Of a stretch of 64,000 nt of DNA, positions 9,450 to 20,199 are shown piece by piece. Source of the DNA: Thermoanaerobaculia bacterium (GTDB taxonomy: Bacteria; Acidobacteriota; Thermoanaerobaculia; Multivoradales; Multivoraceae); NCBI GenBank assembly GCA_963664405.1, contig OY761158.1, positions 2,048,001 to 2,112,000 of the forward strand. The letters run 5' to 3'. Position numbers and translations under genes: made by a program. Positions within the stretch are counted from its first letter, which is position 1, and every line of letters starts with the position of its first letter. The notes beneath the pieces were generated by a model that did not search any database, had not been told where the DNA came from, and saw only the letters and a list, made by a program, of their open reading frames with translations.

Positions 9450-10457
9450 ATGATTCACTTCGGTGTACTCGGAGCCGCGAAGATCACCCCGAGGGCGCTC
9501 ATCTACCCCTGTGTAGACGAGAACAACGCTGTCATTCGCGCTATTGCCGCGAGAGATCGCAGCCGGGCGGAAAAGGTGGCCGACTGGGCCCAGATCCGAG
9601 AGGTGGTGAACGACTATCAGGCGATCATCGAGCACCCCGAGTGCAACGCCATCTACATCCCACTCCCGATCAGTCACCACCGCGAGTGGACACTCAAAGC
9701 GCTCGAAGCCGGCAAGCATGTCCTGTGCGAGAAGTCTTTTGCCGCCAATGCTCGCGAAGCTGAGGAGATGGCGGCACTCGCCCACAGCAAGGGGCTGGTC
9801 GTCATGGAGGCCTTCCACTACCGCTATCACCCGGTCTTTCAGCGTGCGAAAGAGATCGTCGACTCCGGCGCCCTCGGCACGCTCCGCGAGATCGACGCAG
9901 AGTTCGGCCTCCCTTGGAAGATCCGAGCCGAAGACATCCGGATGCGCTACGAGACCTGCGGCGGTGTGACCATGGACATCGGCTGCTACCCGATCTCCTG
10001 GATTCGGCATCTTCTAGGCGAGGAGCCGGTGGAAGTGAGCGCCAAGGCTGAGATCGGTCCGCCGGACGTCGACCTCAAGCTCACGGCGCGCATGTCGTTT
10101 TCCAACGGAGTCGTGGCAACCGCCATCGGTGACATGACGGGGGAAAAGGAGTCGGCAACAATGAAATTCGAAGTACGCGGGGACGTCGGCGTGCTGAAGG
10201 TCAGAAACCCCCTGGTTCCACAGACCGGACACCTGATCGAGTGGACCGTTGACGGCGAGACGACGACCGAGACTCGAGATCGACGGTCGACCTACGGCTA
10301 CCAGCTCGACGCGTTCATCGCGGCGGTGGAAAACGGTGAGCCGCTCTATACCGACGGTGACGACGCGGTAAAACAAATGCGCCTAATCGACCGCTGCTAC
10401 GAAGCCGCTGGCATGCGACCAAGAGGGGAGAGCCCTACCCGTGGCCAGAGTCCGTAA
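9450..10457 (+). CDS. Gfo/Idh/MocA family oxidoreductase
   Basis: GVLGAAKI, AGKHVLCEKSF, MEAFHYRYHP, DIGCY. Confidence 0.92.
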   Translation: MIHFGVLGAAKITPRALIYPCVDENNAVIRAIAARDRSRAEKVADWAQIREVVNDYQAIIEHPECNAIYIPLPISHHREWTLKALEAGKHVLCEKSFAANAREAEEMAALAHSKGLVVMEAFHYRYHPVFQRAKEIVDSGALGTLREIDAEFGLPWKIRAEDIRMRYETCGGVTMDIGCYPISWIRHLLGEEPVEVSAKAEIGPPDVDLKLTARMSFSNGVVATAIGDMTGEKESATMKFEVRGDVGVLKVRNPLVPQTGHLIEWTVDGETTTETRDRRSTYGYQLDAFIAAVENGEPLYTDGDDAVKQMRLIDRCYEAAGMRPRGESPTRGQSP

Positions 10458-10471
10458 CGTCGACGTCAGGT

Positions 10472-10597
10472 TGACGGCCGTTCAGGGTGCCCCAGATCGC
10501 CGCAGCGCAGGAGCGAGGCGACGCAGCCGTACTCTGGTACGGCGGAGGAGCCGAGCGACGAGCACGCGGTGAGGTGGGGTGCCCTGGACGGCCGTCA
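10472..10597 (+). repeat. ERIC-like rod-shaped element E1
   Basis: 23-bp terminal IR with three G-U pairs, apical hairpin GCCGTAC-TCTG-GTACGGC (10526-10543), core shared with E2 and E3. Confidence 0.75.
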
Positions 10598-11008
10598 GCG
10601 GGCCTCGACGAGCTCGATACTCACTCCGTCGGGCGCCGCCAGGTAGCAGAGCAACGCGCCGGGGTTGAACTCCCAGGGCTCGACCACGAAGGTCGCACCC
10701 TTGGCTCGAATCTCTTCACAAAACGCTCTGAGGTCACCGTAGTAGGTGAATCCGAAGTGGTCCGTGCCCCACTCGTTGTGGCTCGAGTAGTCGTCATAAT
10801 CGCGCATTGGGCGTGTTTTGACCGGCTCTTCACCGGGTCGTTTGCCGCGAATGATCACCTGCATTCCGCCGAGCTCTACATTGATCTGGGGTGCCTCACG
10901 GAGCTCGTACTCGGCGCGGATCTTTCCTCCGAGGATCTCCTCATACCAACGCGCGGTCGCCGCCGGGTCCTCGCTGATGATGTGCACGTGGTCGAACTCT
11001 ATTGACAT
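10595..11008 (-). CDS. VOC (glyoxalase) family protein
   Basis: FDHVHIIS, DHFGF, APDGVSIELVE; AGGAGG RBS. Confidence 0.9.
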   Translation of the reverse strand: MSIEFDHVHIISEDPAATARWYEEILGGKIRAEYELREAPQINVELGGMQVIIRGKRPGEEPVKTRPMRDYDDYSSHNEWGTDHFGFTYYGDLRAFCEEIRAKGATFVVEPWEFNPGALLCYLAAPDGVSIELVEAR

Positions 11009-11139
11009 CTTCACTCCTCCTGCCGTGAGCCTATCGCCGAAGTCGATCGACCGCGGCGTCGGTACGCCCGATCCTCCCGTCGCAGTGCCGAACCCAATGC
11101 CCTATAATAGCTTTCGAAAACCGACTCGAGGGAGACTGA

Positions 11140-13539
11140 ATGCGGAGGCCTCCTCAGACGTGGATGTGTCGCTGGGCAACCTGCTTGTTGGCAGTCGGGG
11201 GGCTCGTTTCCCCCGCCGGGGCCGAGCCGAAGCCCACCACCGTCTCCCCAGACTCCTCCGCACCGCACCACGCCCTGGTCAATCAATACTGCCTCTCTTG
11301 TCACAACGATAGGTTGAAGACCGGAGGTCTCGCGCTGGAGAGCCTCAACGGGCAGCAGCTGGGCGAGAACTGGGAGACGTGGGAAAAGGTCGTTCGCAAA
11401 CTTCGCGCCCGGCTGATGCCGCCGGCCGGGAGGCGGCGTCCAGAGGAAGCGACCTACCAGGCCGCACTCGCGTCCCTGGAAGCCGCCCTCGATACCCTAG
11501 CCGTCGCGACGCCGAATCCGGGCCGCACGGACACCTTTCGCAGACTCAATCGAACCGAGTACCACAACGCCATCCGCGACCTGCTGGCGCTGGACGTCGA
11601 CGTCGCTTCGCTGCTGCCGACCGACTCAGCGAGCTACGGATTCGACAACGTGACGGTCGGTAACCTCGCTCCCACTCTGCTCGAGCGCTATGTCGCCGCG
11701 GCCGAAAGGATCAGCCGACTGGCGGTGGGGCGCCCCACCCGTGCGGTTGGCGGCACGACGGTGCGCATGCCTCCCGACCAGACGCAGGAAAAGTATGTCG
11801 AGGGATTGCCGGTCGGGACGCGGGGCGGCGCCGTCGTTCCTTACAACTTCCCGGTCAACGGCGAGTACGAGATCAAGATCCGGCTGGCAAGAGACCGCAA
11901 TGAGCACGTCGAAGGACTGCGGCAGCCGCACGAGGTGGAGTTGTTGTTGGATCGAGAGCGCGTCCACCTCTTTACCGTGGAGCCACCTCCTCTGAGTGAA
12001 GCCCACGCCCTCCTTTATCAACCGGCGCAGCAGAACCTCGATGACCATCTCAAAATCCGAGTCCCGGTCACCGCCGGTCCCCACAAGATCGGCGTCACCT
12101 TTCCCGCCAAGCCATGGGTCCTGCTCGAAACGGAGCGGCAACCCTACGAGACCCATTTCAACTACTACCGTCATCCGCGAGTCCAGCCCGCGCTCTACTC
12201 GGTCTCGATCGTCGGCCCCTATTTCCCGGCGGGAAGCGCGGACACTCCCAGTCGGCGAAAGGTCTTCGTGTGCAAGCCGGCGGAGCCCGCCGAGGAAGAC
12301 GACTGCGCCCGCCAGATTCTCGCCAATCTGATGCGCAAGGCCTATCGACGACCGGTGACCGACGAAGACCTGCAGGGGCCCTTCGAGCTCTACAGCGCGG
12401 AACGAGCCAGGGAGGGGTTCGAAGCGGGGGTCGAGATGGCAGTGGCTGCAGTCCTCGTGAGCCCGGAGTTTCTCTTCCGCATCGAACAGGATCCGCCCGG
12501 CCTAGAGCCTGGGACTCCCTATCGCATCAGCGATGTGGAGCTGGCGTCACGCCTATCTTCGTTCCTCTGGAGCAGCATCCCGGACGACGAGCTGCTGGAT
12601 CTGGCGACCCAGGGAGAGCTCTCCGAGCCAGCGACCCTGGAACGACAGGTGAGGCGAATGCTCAGCGACCCTCGTTCGGTCAATCTGGTGAGCAACTTCG
12701 CAGCCCAGTGGCTGCACCTGCGGAACCTCGAGGCGATAAAGCCGGACAAGCGCATGTTCCCGGACTTCGACGACAATCTCCGTCAGTCTTTTCGCCGCGA
12801 GACGGAGCTCTTCTTCGAGGACGTCATTCGTGAAGACCGCAGCGTTTTGGACCTGCTGAAGGCGGACTACACCTTCCTCAATGAGCGCCTCGCCAAGCAT
12901 TACGGCATTCCCCACGTCTACGGCAGCCGCTTCCGTCGGGTGAGCTTCGAGGAAGAGGGCGGACGGGGTGGCCTGTTGCGACACGGAAGTATTCTGGCCG
13001 TGACGTCTTTCGCCACCCGAACTTCGCCGGTTGTTCGCGGTAACTGGATCCTCGCCAACATTCTCGGCGTACCCCCGCCACCGGCGCCGCCCGATGTACC
13101 GGATTTGCCGGCCAAGGCCGGCGGCAAGGAGCTATCGATACGGGAACGCCTTTCGGAACATCGCGACAATCCGGCCTGTGCAGGCTGCCACAAGCTGATG
13201 GACCCGATCGGCTTCGCGCTCGAGAACTACGATGCGGTCGGCCGTTGGCGAGACCTAGAAGCAGGGCTGGCGATTGACGCTTCGGGGGAGCTTTTCGACG
13301 GCAGCCGCTTTGACGGAATCGCCGAGCTCGAAGAGGCGCTGCTCGGTCGCCCAGAGCTCTTCCTCACGACCCTCACCGAGAAGCTTCTCGTGTTCGCGAC
13401 CGGAAGGGGGGTCGAGTACTACGATGGCCCTGCCATTCGCAACATTCTTCGCGAGGCGCAGGGCGAGGACTACCGCTTCTCGTCGCTGATTCTCGGCATC
13501 ATCAAGAGCGCCCCTTTCCAGATGAGGAGATCGTCATGA
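11140..13539 (+). CDS. DUF1592/DUF1588 (PSD-domain) protein with cytochrome-c-like CxxCH motifs
   Basis: CLSCH, RRLNRTEYHNAIRDLL, ELASRLSSFLWSSIPD, TSPVVRGNWIL, CAGCH. Confidence 0.9.
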   Translation: MRRPPQTWMCRWATCLLAVGGLVSPAGAEPKPTTVSPDSSAPHHALVNQYCLSCHNDRLKTGGLALESLNGQQLGENWETWEKVVRKLRARLMPPAGRRRPEEATYQAALASLEAALDTLAVATPNPGRTDTFRRLNRTEYHNAIRDLLALDVDVASLLPTDSASYGFDNVTVGNLAPTLLERYVAAAERISRLAVGRPTRAVGGTTVRMPPDQTQEKYVEGLPVGTRGGAVVPYNFPVNGEYEIKIRLARDRNEHVEGLRQPHEVELLLDRERVHLFTVEPPPLSEAHALLYQPAQQNLDDHLKIRVPVTAGPHKIGVTFPAKPWVLLETERQPYETHFNYYRHPRVQPALYSVSIVGPYFPAGSADTPSRRKVFVCKPAEPAEEDDCARQILANLMRKAYRRPVTDEDLQGPFELYSAERAREGFEAGVEMAVAAVLVSPEFLFRIEQDPPGLEPGTPYRISDVELASRLSSFLWSSIPDDELLDLATQGELSEPATLERQVRRMLSDPRSVNLVSNFAAQWLHLRNLEAIKPDKRMFPDFDDNLRQSFRRETELFFEDVIREDRSVLDLLKADYTFLNERLAKHYGIPHVYGSRFRRVSFEEEGGRGGLLRHGSILAVTSFATRTSPVVRGNWILANILGVPPPPAPPDVPDLPAKAGGKELSIRERLSEHRDNPACAGCHKLMDPIGFALENYDAVGRWRDLEAGLAIDASGELFDGSRFDGIAELEEALLGRPELFLTTLTEKLLVFATGRGVEYYDGPAIRNILREAQGEDYRFSSLILGIIKSAPFQMRRSS

Positions 13540-14888
13540 TTCTCACCAAGAAGGCCCTACCCCGCCGCACCTTTCTGCGGGGTCTGGGCGCGACCGTGGC
13601 GCTGCCCTTGCTCGATGCGATGGTTCCCTCGATGACGGCCCTTGCCAAAACCCCGGCCAAGCCGGTACGCCGCTTGGGCTTTGTTTACGTACCGATGGGC
13701 TCCAACATCAAGAAATGGGCGCCGCCTGGTGAGAGCGGCGCCCTGGGTGAGCTCTCCCCCAGCCTCAGTCCGCTGGCGTCGGTCAGGGACCACATCACAG
13801 TGATCAGCAACCTGGAGCTGAAGAACGCCTACCCAGGCACTCACGCCACCTCCAACGCCTCTTTCTTGAGCGCGGCCAAGGCGAAGTGGACCGAGAGCAC
13901 GGACTATTACCTGGGCACCACCGTCGATCAGATCGCCGCACAGCAGATGGGTCAGGAGACTCAGCTGCCCTCTCTGGAGCTGGCGATGGATCTGATGGAC
14001 ATGGTCGGTCAGTGCGACAACGGATACGCCTGTGTCTACCAGAACAATCTGTCCTGGTCATCGCCGACAACGCCGCTGCCTGCCGAGGCACACCCGCGGA
14101 TCGTTTTCGAGCGCCTCTTCGGCGAAGGAGGCAGTCCCGAACAGCGTCGAGCCGCTTTAGGGAGGAAAGCCAGCCTGCTGGATTGGGTGCACGAAGACAT
14201 CAGCCGCCTACAAAGGAAGCTCGGGCCCGGAGACCAGGTCAAAGTCAGTGAGTATCTCGACTCGGTTCGTGAGGTCGAGCGCCGGATTCAGAGGGCCGAA
14301 GTGAAGTCCGAGGACAGTCCACTTCCAGACTTCGACCGCCCGGTCAGCGTTCCGGCAGCCTACGGCGACCATGCCAAGCTGATGTTCGACCTCCAAGTGT
14401 TGGCGATGCAAGCCGACGTCACCCGGGTCATCACCTTTCAGCTCGCTCGTGAGTCGAGCAACAGAACCTACCCCGAAGTCGACGCTCCCGATTCCCACCA
14501 CGCCACCTCCCATCACGGCAACCAACCGGAGAAGGTCGCAAGGCTGGCGAGGATCAATCAGTTCCACGTATCTCTCTTCGCTTACTTCGTCGAAAAGATG
14601 GCATCGGTACCGGACGGCGACGGCTCGCTATTGGACCATTCGCTCTACCTATACGGCAGCGGGATGGGCAACCCCAACGTCCATGACCACGTGAATCTGC
14701 CTATCCTCGTCGCCGGCGGCGGGCCGGGAAGGCCGCGCGGCGGACGCCATATCAAATACACCGAGCCGGCCCCGATGGCCAACCTTCACCTGACCTTGCT
14801 TGATCGCGCCGGAGTTCATCTCGACTCCTTCGCCGACAGCACCGGCAAGATCGACACTCTGCTGGGCTCGGTCCCTCTGACCGCTTGA
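13536..14888 (+). CDS. DUF1552 (HxxSHH) protein with Tat-like N-terminus
   Basis: RRTFLRGLGATVALPLLDAM, HHATSHH; ATGA overlap with upstream gene. Confidence 0.9.
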   Translation: MILTKKALPRRTFLRGLGATVALPLLDAMVPSMTALAKTPAKPVRRLGFVYVPMGSNIKKWAPPGESGALGELSPSLSPLASVRDHITVISNLELKNAYPGTHATSNASFLSAAKAKWTESTDYYLGTTVDQIAAQQMGQETQLPSLELAMDLMDMVGQCDNGYACVYQNNLSWSSPTTPLPAEAHPRIVFERLFGEGGSPEQRRAALGRKASLLDWVHEDISRLQRKLGPGDQVKVSEYLDSVREVERRIQRAEVKSEDSPLPDFDRPVSVPAAYGDHAKLMFDLQVLAMQADVTRVITFQLARESSNRTYPEVDAPDSHHATSHHGNQPEKVARLARINQFHVSLFAYFVEKMASVPDGDGSLLDHSLYLYGSGMGNPNVHDHVNLPILVAGGGPGRPRGGRHIKYTEPAPMANLHLTLLDRAGVHLDSFADSTGKIDTLLGSVPLTA

Positions 14889-14898
14889 GGAGGTGACG

Positions 14899-16464
14899 AT
14901 GAGCTCGTGTCTACGGCCGATCACCTTCCTCTTGTTGGGCTTGCTGCTCTCGCCGGCAGCTCCAGCGGCCCCGGACGCAGAGCTGGCGGCAGCCGCCGAA
15001 GCGGCGGCCGGACAGAAAGTCCGGAGACTGCTCGAGCACAATGTCGACGTGAACGCCGCTCAGATCGACGGCATGACGGCGCTTCACTGGGCGGCGTATC
15101 ACGACGACCAGGGGCTGGTGGAGGCGTTGGTGAGTGCCGGCGCTGATGTGAGCGCCGCGAACCGCTACGGCGTAACACCGCTGTCGCTCGCCTGCACCAA
15201 CGGCAACGGAGCCATCGTCGAACGCCTCCTTGACGCCGGCGCCGACTCCAACGCCACCCTGCCAGGAGGGGAGAGCGCTTTGATGACCGCCTCGCGCACC
15301 GGCAGGGTCAGGGCCGTTGAAGCGCTGCTGGAGGGCGGCGCCGACGTTCACGCCAAAGACAGCCAGCGCGGCCAGACGGCACTGATGTGGGCAGCGGCCG
15401 AGGGGAACGTGGAGGTCCTGAGACTGCTCATCGAGGTAGGAGCGGACTTCCGAGCGCCGCTCGACTCCGGGTTCACCCCTCTCCTCTTCGCCGCCAGAGA
15501 AGGAAAAATCGAAGTCGTACGCGAACTGGTGAAAATGGGCGTCGACGTCAACGAGGCCACACCGCTCGAAGCGACGAAACGAGAACGCCCCCTGCCAGGA
15601 GGGCGCACCGTCCGGCCCGGCGCCAACCCACTATTGATAGCGGTCACCAACGCCCACTACGACGTCGCGGCGCTGCTCCTAGACGCCGGGGCCGACCCCA
15701 ATGCCGGACCGGGATACACCGCGCTGCACGCGCTCCCGAGGGTCCGCAAAACCGGGGGGGGAGACAATAATCCGTCTCCCGACGGGTCCGGTGCGATGAC
15801 GGATCTCGACTTCGTCAGGGACATGGTGGCCCATGGCGCCGATCTCGACGCTCGGATGACAGAGAGGCCGAGTCTGGCCAACAACAGCTTCAACGAGCTC
15901 GGGGCGACCCCCTTCATGACCGCCGCAATAGTCGCGGACGCCGAGTTGATGAGGACGCTGGCAGAGCTGGGAGCGGATCCCTCCCGGCGCAACGAAGAGA
16001 ACAGCACAGCGCTGATGGCGGCGGCCGGACTGGGGACGCGATCACCCGGCGAGGACGCCGGCACCGAAGAAGAGGTGGTGGAGGCCATACAGGTGGCGCT
16101 GGACCTCGGTGCCGACACGAACGCGGTCAACGACGATGGCGAGACCGCGATGCACGGTGCCGCGTACAAGAACCTGCCGAAGGCGGTCGAGCTTCTCGCT
16201 GCCAACGGCGCTGATATCGAAATCTGGAACCGGCACAACAAATACGGTTGGACCCCGCTGTCGATCGCCCGCGGCTACCGGAGAGGAAACTTCAAGCCGT
16301 CGCCGGTGACCGTTGCGGCGGTGGAGAAAGTGATGCTCGCCGCCGGTGTGAGGCCACCGACGGAGGAAGAGGAAGGGGCCAAGGGCTTCGACATCTACGC
16401 CAAGCCCTACGGAACAGAAGCGACCAAGCCGGCGCCGGGGACTGACGGCAAACCCCTTCGCTGA
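14899..16464 (+). CDS. Secreted ankyrin-repeat protein
   Basis: Repeated G-x-TPL/TAL-HWAA...GADV motifs, signal peptide, GGAGG RBS. Confidence 0.9.
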   Translation: MSSCLRPITFLLLGLLLSPAAPAAPDAELAAAAEAAAGQKVRRLLEHNVDVNAAQIDGMTALHWAAYHDDQGLVEALVSAGADVSAANRYGVTPLSLACTNGNGAIVERLLDAGADSNATLPGGESALMTASRTGRVRAVEALLEGGADVHAKDSQRGQTALMWAAAEGNVEVLRLLIEVGADFRAPLDSGFTPLLFAAREGKIEVVRELVKMGVDVNEATPLEATKRERPLPGGRTVRPGANPLLIAVTNAHYDVAALLLDAGADPNAGPGYTALHALPRVRKTGGGDNNPSPDGSGAMTDLDFVRDMVAHGADLDARMTERPSLANNSFNELGATPFMTAAIVADAELMRTLAELGADPSRRNEENSTALMAAAGLGTRSPGEDAGTEEEVVEAIQVALDLGADTNAVNDDGETAMHGAAYKNLPKAVELLAANGADIEIWNRHNKYGWTPLSIARGYRRGNFKPSPVTVAAVEKVMLAAGVRPPTEEEEGAKGFDIYAKPYGTEATKPAPGTDGKPLR

Positions 16465-16483
16465 CGCGCAACGCGCCTCTCCG

Positions 16484-17515
16484 TCACCGCGACTGCACCA
16501 TCGCCCACGCCTTGGCGGCGTTACGCCGAATCCCTGGTTTGTGCGCCAGGTACTGCTCCGAGGACGCATTGCCGTCGAGACCCCGTTTGACGACGCCCTG
16601 AACGATGGCCGCCAGCCGGAAGAAGGTATAGGCCATATAGAAGGTCCAGTCGTCGACCGGTGGACGCCCCGAAACCTCGAAGTAGCGCCCCAGTAGGTCG
16701 CGCTGGGTGGGGATGCCCGATCGCACCAGCTCGTCTTCGCCGAGGTCGCCGTAATACATCAGGCGGCAGTAGGCGAGGTCGCCGTTGGGATGCCCGAGCG
16801 TCGAGAGCTCCCAATCCAAGACCGCGGCTACGCGTGGCTCGGTGGCGTGCACGATGCAGTTGCGGATCGAGTAATCACCATGGACGATGGTAGTCAGATC
16901 ATCATCCGGGATGTTGGCGGGGAGCCAGTCCATCAGACTGTCCATCTCGGGGATGTCCTCGGTCATCGAAGCTCGATATTGCTTCGACCACCGACTTATC
17001 TGGCGAGCGAAGTAGTTCCCCGGTCGGCCGTAGCCCTCACCGAGGCCGACACCCTCGTAGTCGACGCGATGGAGGCGCGCCAGGACCTCGACGAAGTCGT
17101 AGTAGAGCGCGCCGCGGTCCTGCGGCGAGAGGTTGGGCAGGAGGGTGTCTTCGATGACCCGACCCGGGACCATCTCCATCACGAAGAACTCGGTTCCGAT
17201 CACCGAACGGTCTTCGCAGCTGACCAGCATCTCAGGCACGGGTACGTCGGTTTCCGCCAGTGCCTTCATCACCCGATGCTCGCGATCGACCTGGTGAGCG
17301 GAGGGCAGCAGCTCACCTGGCGGCTTCTTGCGCATCACCATCCGTCGGTCGGCGGTCTCGATCAGGAACGTGGGATTGGATTGCCCTCCTTCGAACTGCC
17401 GCACCTCGATCGGTGGGCGGAAACCTGGGAGGTGCCCGTGTAGATAGGCTTCGAGTGCGGCCTCGTCAAACTGATGCGGGCCGCGAACGTCGGTGATCTG
17501 TGCTTCGTCGGACAT
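16484..17515 (-). CDS. Phosphotransferase (APH-like, ACAD10/11 N-terminal type)
   Basis: QFEGGQSNPTF, LLPSAHQVDRE, IVHGDY, LDWELSTLGHP; start taken at MSDEAQ. Confidence 0.9.
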   Translation of the reverse strand: MSDEAQITDVRGPHQFDEAALEAYLHGHLPGFRPPIEVRQFEGGQSNPTFLIETADRRMVMRKKPPGELLPSAHQVDREHRVMKALAETDVPVPEMLVSCEDRSVIGTEFFVMEMVPGRVIEDTLLPNLSPQDRGALYYDFVEVLARLHRVDYEGVGLGEGYGRPGNYFARQISRWSKQYRASMTEDIPEMDSLMDWLPANIPDDDLTTIVHGDYSIRNCIVHATEPRVAAVLDWELSTLGHPNGDLAYCRLMYYGDLGEDELVRSGIPTQRDLLGRYFEVSGRPPVDDWTFYMAYTFFRLAAIVQGVVKRGLDGNASSEQYLAHKPGIRRNAAKAWAMVQSR

Positions 17516-17522
17516 GGTGTTG

Positions 17523-18417
17523 CTAACTCGCAGCCGCAGACTCCGCTTCGAGCTCACGGGCTTCCCGGGCTCGTACCTTCTTCTCGGCACGGTCCACGGC
17601 GTAGAGATAGCCCAGCCCGGTGAGCAGCGCAAAGGAAGCGGCGATGAAAAAGAAGACCGCGTAGCCGAATTGTGCCGCGACGAATCCCGACAGCGCCAGG
17701 CAGGATGAGCCGCGATTCTTCGCGTTTGATGGTCTCGATGAAGTTCGGCCGCTCGCCACGCTCCCGACGTTTCAAGGCCGCGGGCGGAGGAGGCGGCTCG
17801 CGACGCAGAGTCGCGGGGGTGGCCGCCACGATGAGCAGAAGAGCTGCAAAGATCGAGGTCTTTCGCCATCCCCAGGTGTCGATCAGGGCGACGCAGCTCT
17901 GGCCCAGAACTCCGCCGAGGAAGGCCAGAAATACGATTACGGAAGTGCCGACCGTGCGATCGTGATCGCCGAGGCTCTCGGCGGCATAGGCGTCGACGGC
18001 GATGTCCTGCGCCCCCATCACGAAGCCCTTGACGAAGAGGATCCCGACGACCACATACACGGTCGCGACGCTGGGCTCGAAGAACCCGACTGCGAGATAG
18101 AGACTTGCGCCGAGCAGGGTGGTAGGAACGATCCAGGACTTGCGAACACCGAATCGGACACTGCCGTAGTTGTCGACCAGGAGGGCCATCGCCCACTTGA
18201 GCCAGCGCGGGAAGAAAGGCAGCGACAGCAGCCAGAACTGTTCGAGAGGCAGTCCTTGCTGGCGAAAAACAGCGGGGAGGGCTACGGCTGTGAAGGAGCC
18301 AGGGAAGTACTGGCCCATATGGAGCGAGCCGAGCGACAGGAGCTTCGCCCAGTCGATGCCTGACGCTTTCTTCTTAGGCTCCAGGTCGTCAGTCCTCTCT
18401 CGAAACGGACGCTCACC
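17523..18417 (-). pseudogene. AmpG-like MFS transporter with internal deletion/frameshift
   Basis: LKW...VD...RKSWI, AQDIAVDAYA; N-half joined out of frame at about 17700 to the last TM helix. Confidence 0.7.
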
Positions 18418-18508
18418 TTATCCGCGCTCCCCCGCCGCCGACAAGTCGTACGCGCTGCGACGCCAGACGCGTTAGGCTCACCCACCGGAACGAAAGGAGA
18501 TGACAAGG

Positions 18509-19216
18509 ATGCAGCTCGATCAAAAAGTCGCAGTGGTCACCGGTGCGGGTCGTGGCATTGGCAAGGCAATCGCAGTCGCCTTCGCCCGCGAGGGCGCGCG
18601 GGTGGTGTGCTCGGCTCGTAGCTTGGAGGAGATCAACGACGTAGCGGACCAAGTGGGAGGTCGCGCAATCCAATGTGACGTGGGTCGAGAAGATGAGATT
18701 CGCGGTCTGATCGACCAGACTCTGGAGGAGCTAGGACGCATCGACATTCTGGTCAACAACGCCGGCGCGGTTGCACGGCAGCCGGTCCATGAGCTGCCAA
18801 TCGAGGACTGGGACAACGTCATCAACGTAAATCTCCGCGGCGTCTTTCTCTGCACCAAACTGGCCCTGCCATCGATGCTGGAGCGCGGAAGCGGCTGCAT
18901 CATCAATATTTCCTCCGGCGCAGGGGTGGTCGGTCCGCCCAATCGATCGGCCTATGCGGCCTCTAAGCACGGCGTCATGGGCTTTACCAAGACCTTGGTC
19001 GCTGAGTATCTGAAGCAGGGCATCCGATCGCACGTCATTCTTCCGGATGCAACGGTATCCAGGATGCGCAGCGAGGGGTTCCCGGAGGAGGACCCTGATA
19101 CGTTGATTCAAGCCGAGGACATCGCCGACGCGGCGGTCTTTCTGGCCACTCAGAAGCGCACGGCACACACGATGGAACTGAGGGTCAGCCAAGGGCTGGC
19201 GACGAAAGCGCGGTAG
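18509..19216 (+). CDS. SDR family oxidoreductase
   Basis: TGAGRGIG, NNAG, YAASK. Confidence 0.93.
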   Translation: MQLDQKVAVVTGAGRGIGKAIAVAFAREGARVVCSARSLEEINDVADQVGGRAIQCDVGREDEIRGLIDQTLEELGRIDILVNNAGAVARQPVHELPIEDWDNVINVNLRGVFLCTKLALPSMLERGSGCIINISSGAGVVGPPNRSAYAASKHGVMGFTKTLVAEYLKQGIRSHVILPDATVSRMRSEGFPEEDPDTLIQAEDIADAAVFLATQKRTAHTMELRVSQGLATKAR

Positions 19217-19226
19217 AGGAGACTCC

Positions 19227-20033
19227 ATGACCTTCGAGAACTTGATTCTGGACAAACGAGATGGTGTCGCCACCATCACCCTCGACCGGCCGGAGGCCAT
19301 GAACGCACTCAGCACCCAGCTGGGGCGCGAGCTCCAAGACGCGATTGTCGACGTCGAGAATGACCCCGACGCAAGAGTGCTGGTCCTCACCGGGGCGGGG
19401 CGGGCTTTCTGTGCGGGTGAGGACGTCAAGGAGCGCCCCGCCGACTCCGCCGAGATGAAGGCGAGCCAGACCGCTCTCGGCAAGATCAGTCGTGGGCCGA
19501 AGAGCCACCGCTGGTTCGCCGAGACTTTTCGCGGCATGAGCAAGCCGACCATCGCTTCCCTCAACGGCTTCGCGGTCGGGCAGGGCCTGAGCATCGCCCT
19601 CGCCTGCGACATGCGGATCGCTTCGGCCGAGGCCAAGCTCGGCGCCATCTGGACCCTGCGCGGTATTCCTCCGGAGTCGGCCGGGGCCTACCTGCTGACC
19701 CAGTTGGTGGGTCCGGCCGTCGCCTGTGAGCTGATCTTCACCGGCCGCATCGTCGACGCCGGTGAAGCCAAGGAGCTCGGCATGGTCAACCGCGTTGTTC
19801 CGGGAGATGAGCTCGAAGCGGCAACCCGTGAGCTGGCGACAACGATGGCGCAGGGGGCGCCGGTAGCCATCGCGGTCTCGAAGATGATGATCTATCAGGC
19901 TCTCGAGAGCAGCCTCGAAATGCACGGCCGGCTCGACTCTCTCGGACAGGCATACTGCTTCAACACCGAGGACCGCGAGGAAGGGATCCGCTCCTTCCTC
20001 GAGAAGAGGCCGGCTCGTTTCACAGGCAGGTAG
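19227..20033 (+). CDS. Enoyl-CoA hydratase/isomerase family protein
   Basis: TLDRPEAMNAL, FCAGED, ALACDMRIAS, FLEKRP. Confidence 0.93.
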   Translation: MTFENLILDKRDGVATITLDRPEAMNALSTQLGRELQDAIVDVENDPDARVLVLTGAGRAFCAGEDVKERPADSAEMKASQTALGKISRGPKSHRWFAETFRGMSKPTIASLNGFAVGQGLSIALACDMRIASAEAKLGAIWTLRGIPPESAGAYLLTQLVGPAVACELIFTGRIVDAGEAKELGMVNRVVPGDELEAATRELATTMAQGAPVAIAVSKMMIYQALESSLEMHGRLDSLGQAYCFNTEDREEGIRSFLEKRPARFTGR

Positions 20034-20199
20034 CGCGGCCTGAGGGTCTGCGAAGAGCTGTCGCAACGATCTGGACTGCACGCATTTGCAGGCTCGTCTG
20101 AGGGCGAGTCGCTGAAGGATCAGTTCCGGCTCTGAGTCGCTATCGGTTAGTGTTCATCGGCGCGCGCCTCGCATACGCGGCGCCGCCGGGAGGTCTCAG

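Noticed and set aside
17516-18196. N-terminal extension of the phosphotransferase ORF
   Set aside because: It is an alternative frame of the MFS pseudogene; family similarity begins at MSDEAQ (17515).
20070-20090. sigma54 promoter before the Tat oxidoreductase
   Set aside because: The GG-N10-GC spacing is not satisfied.
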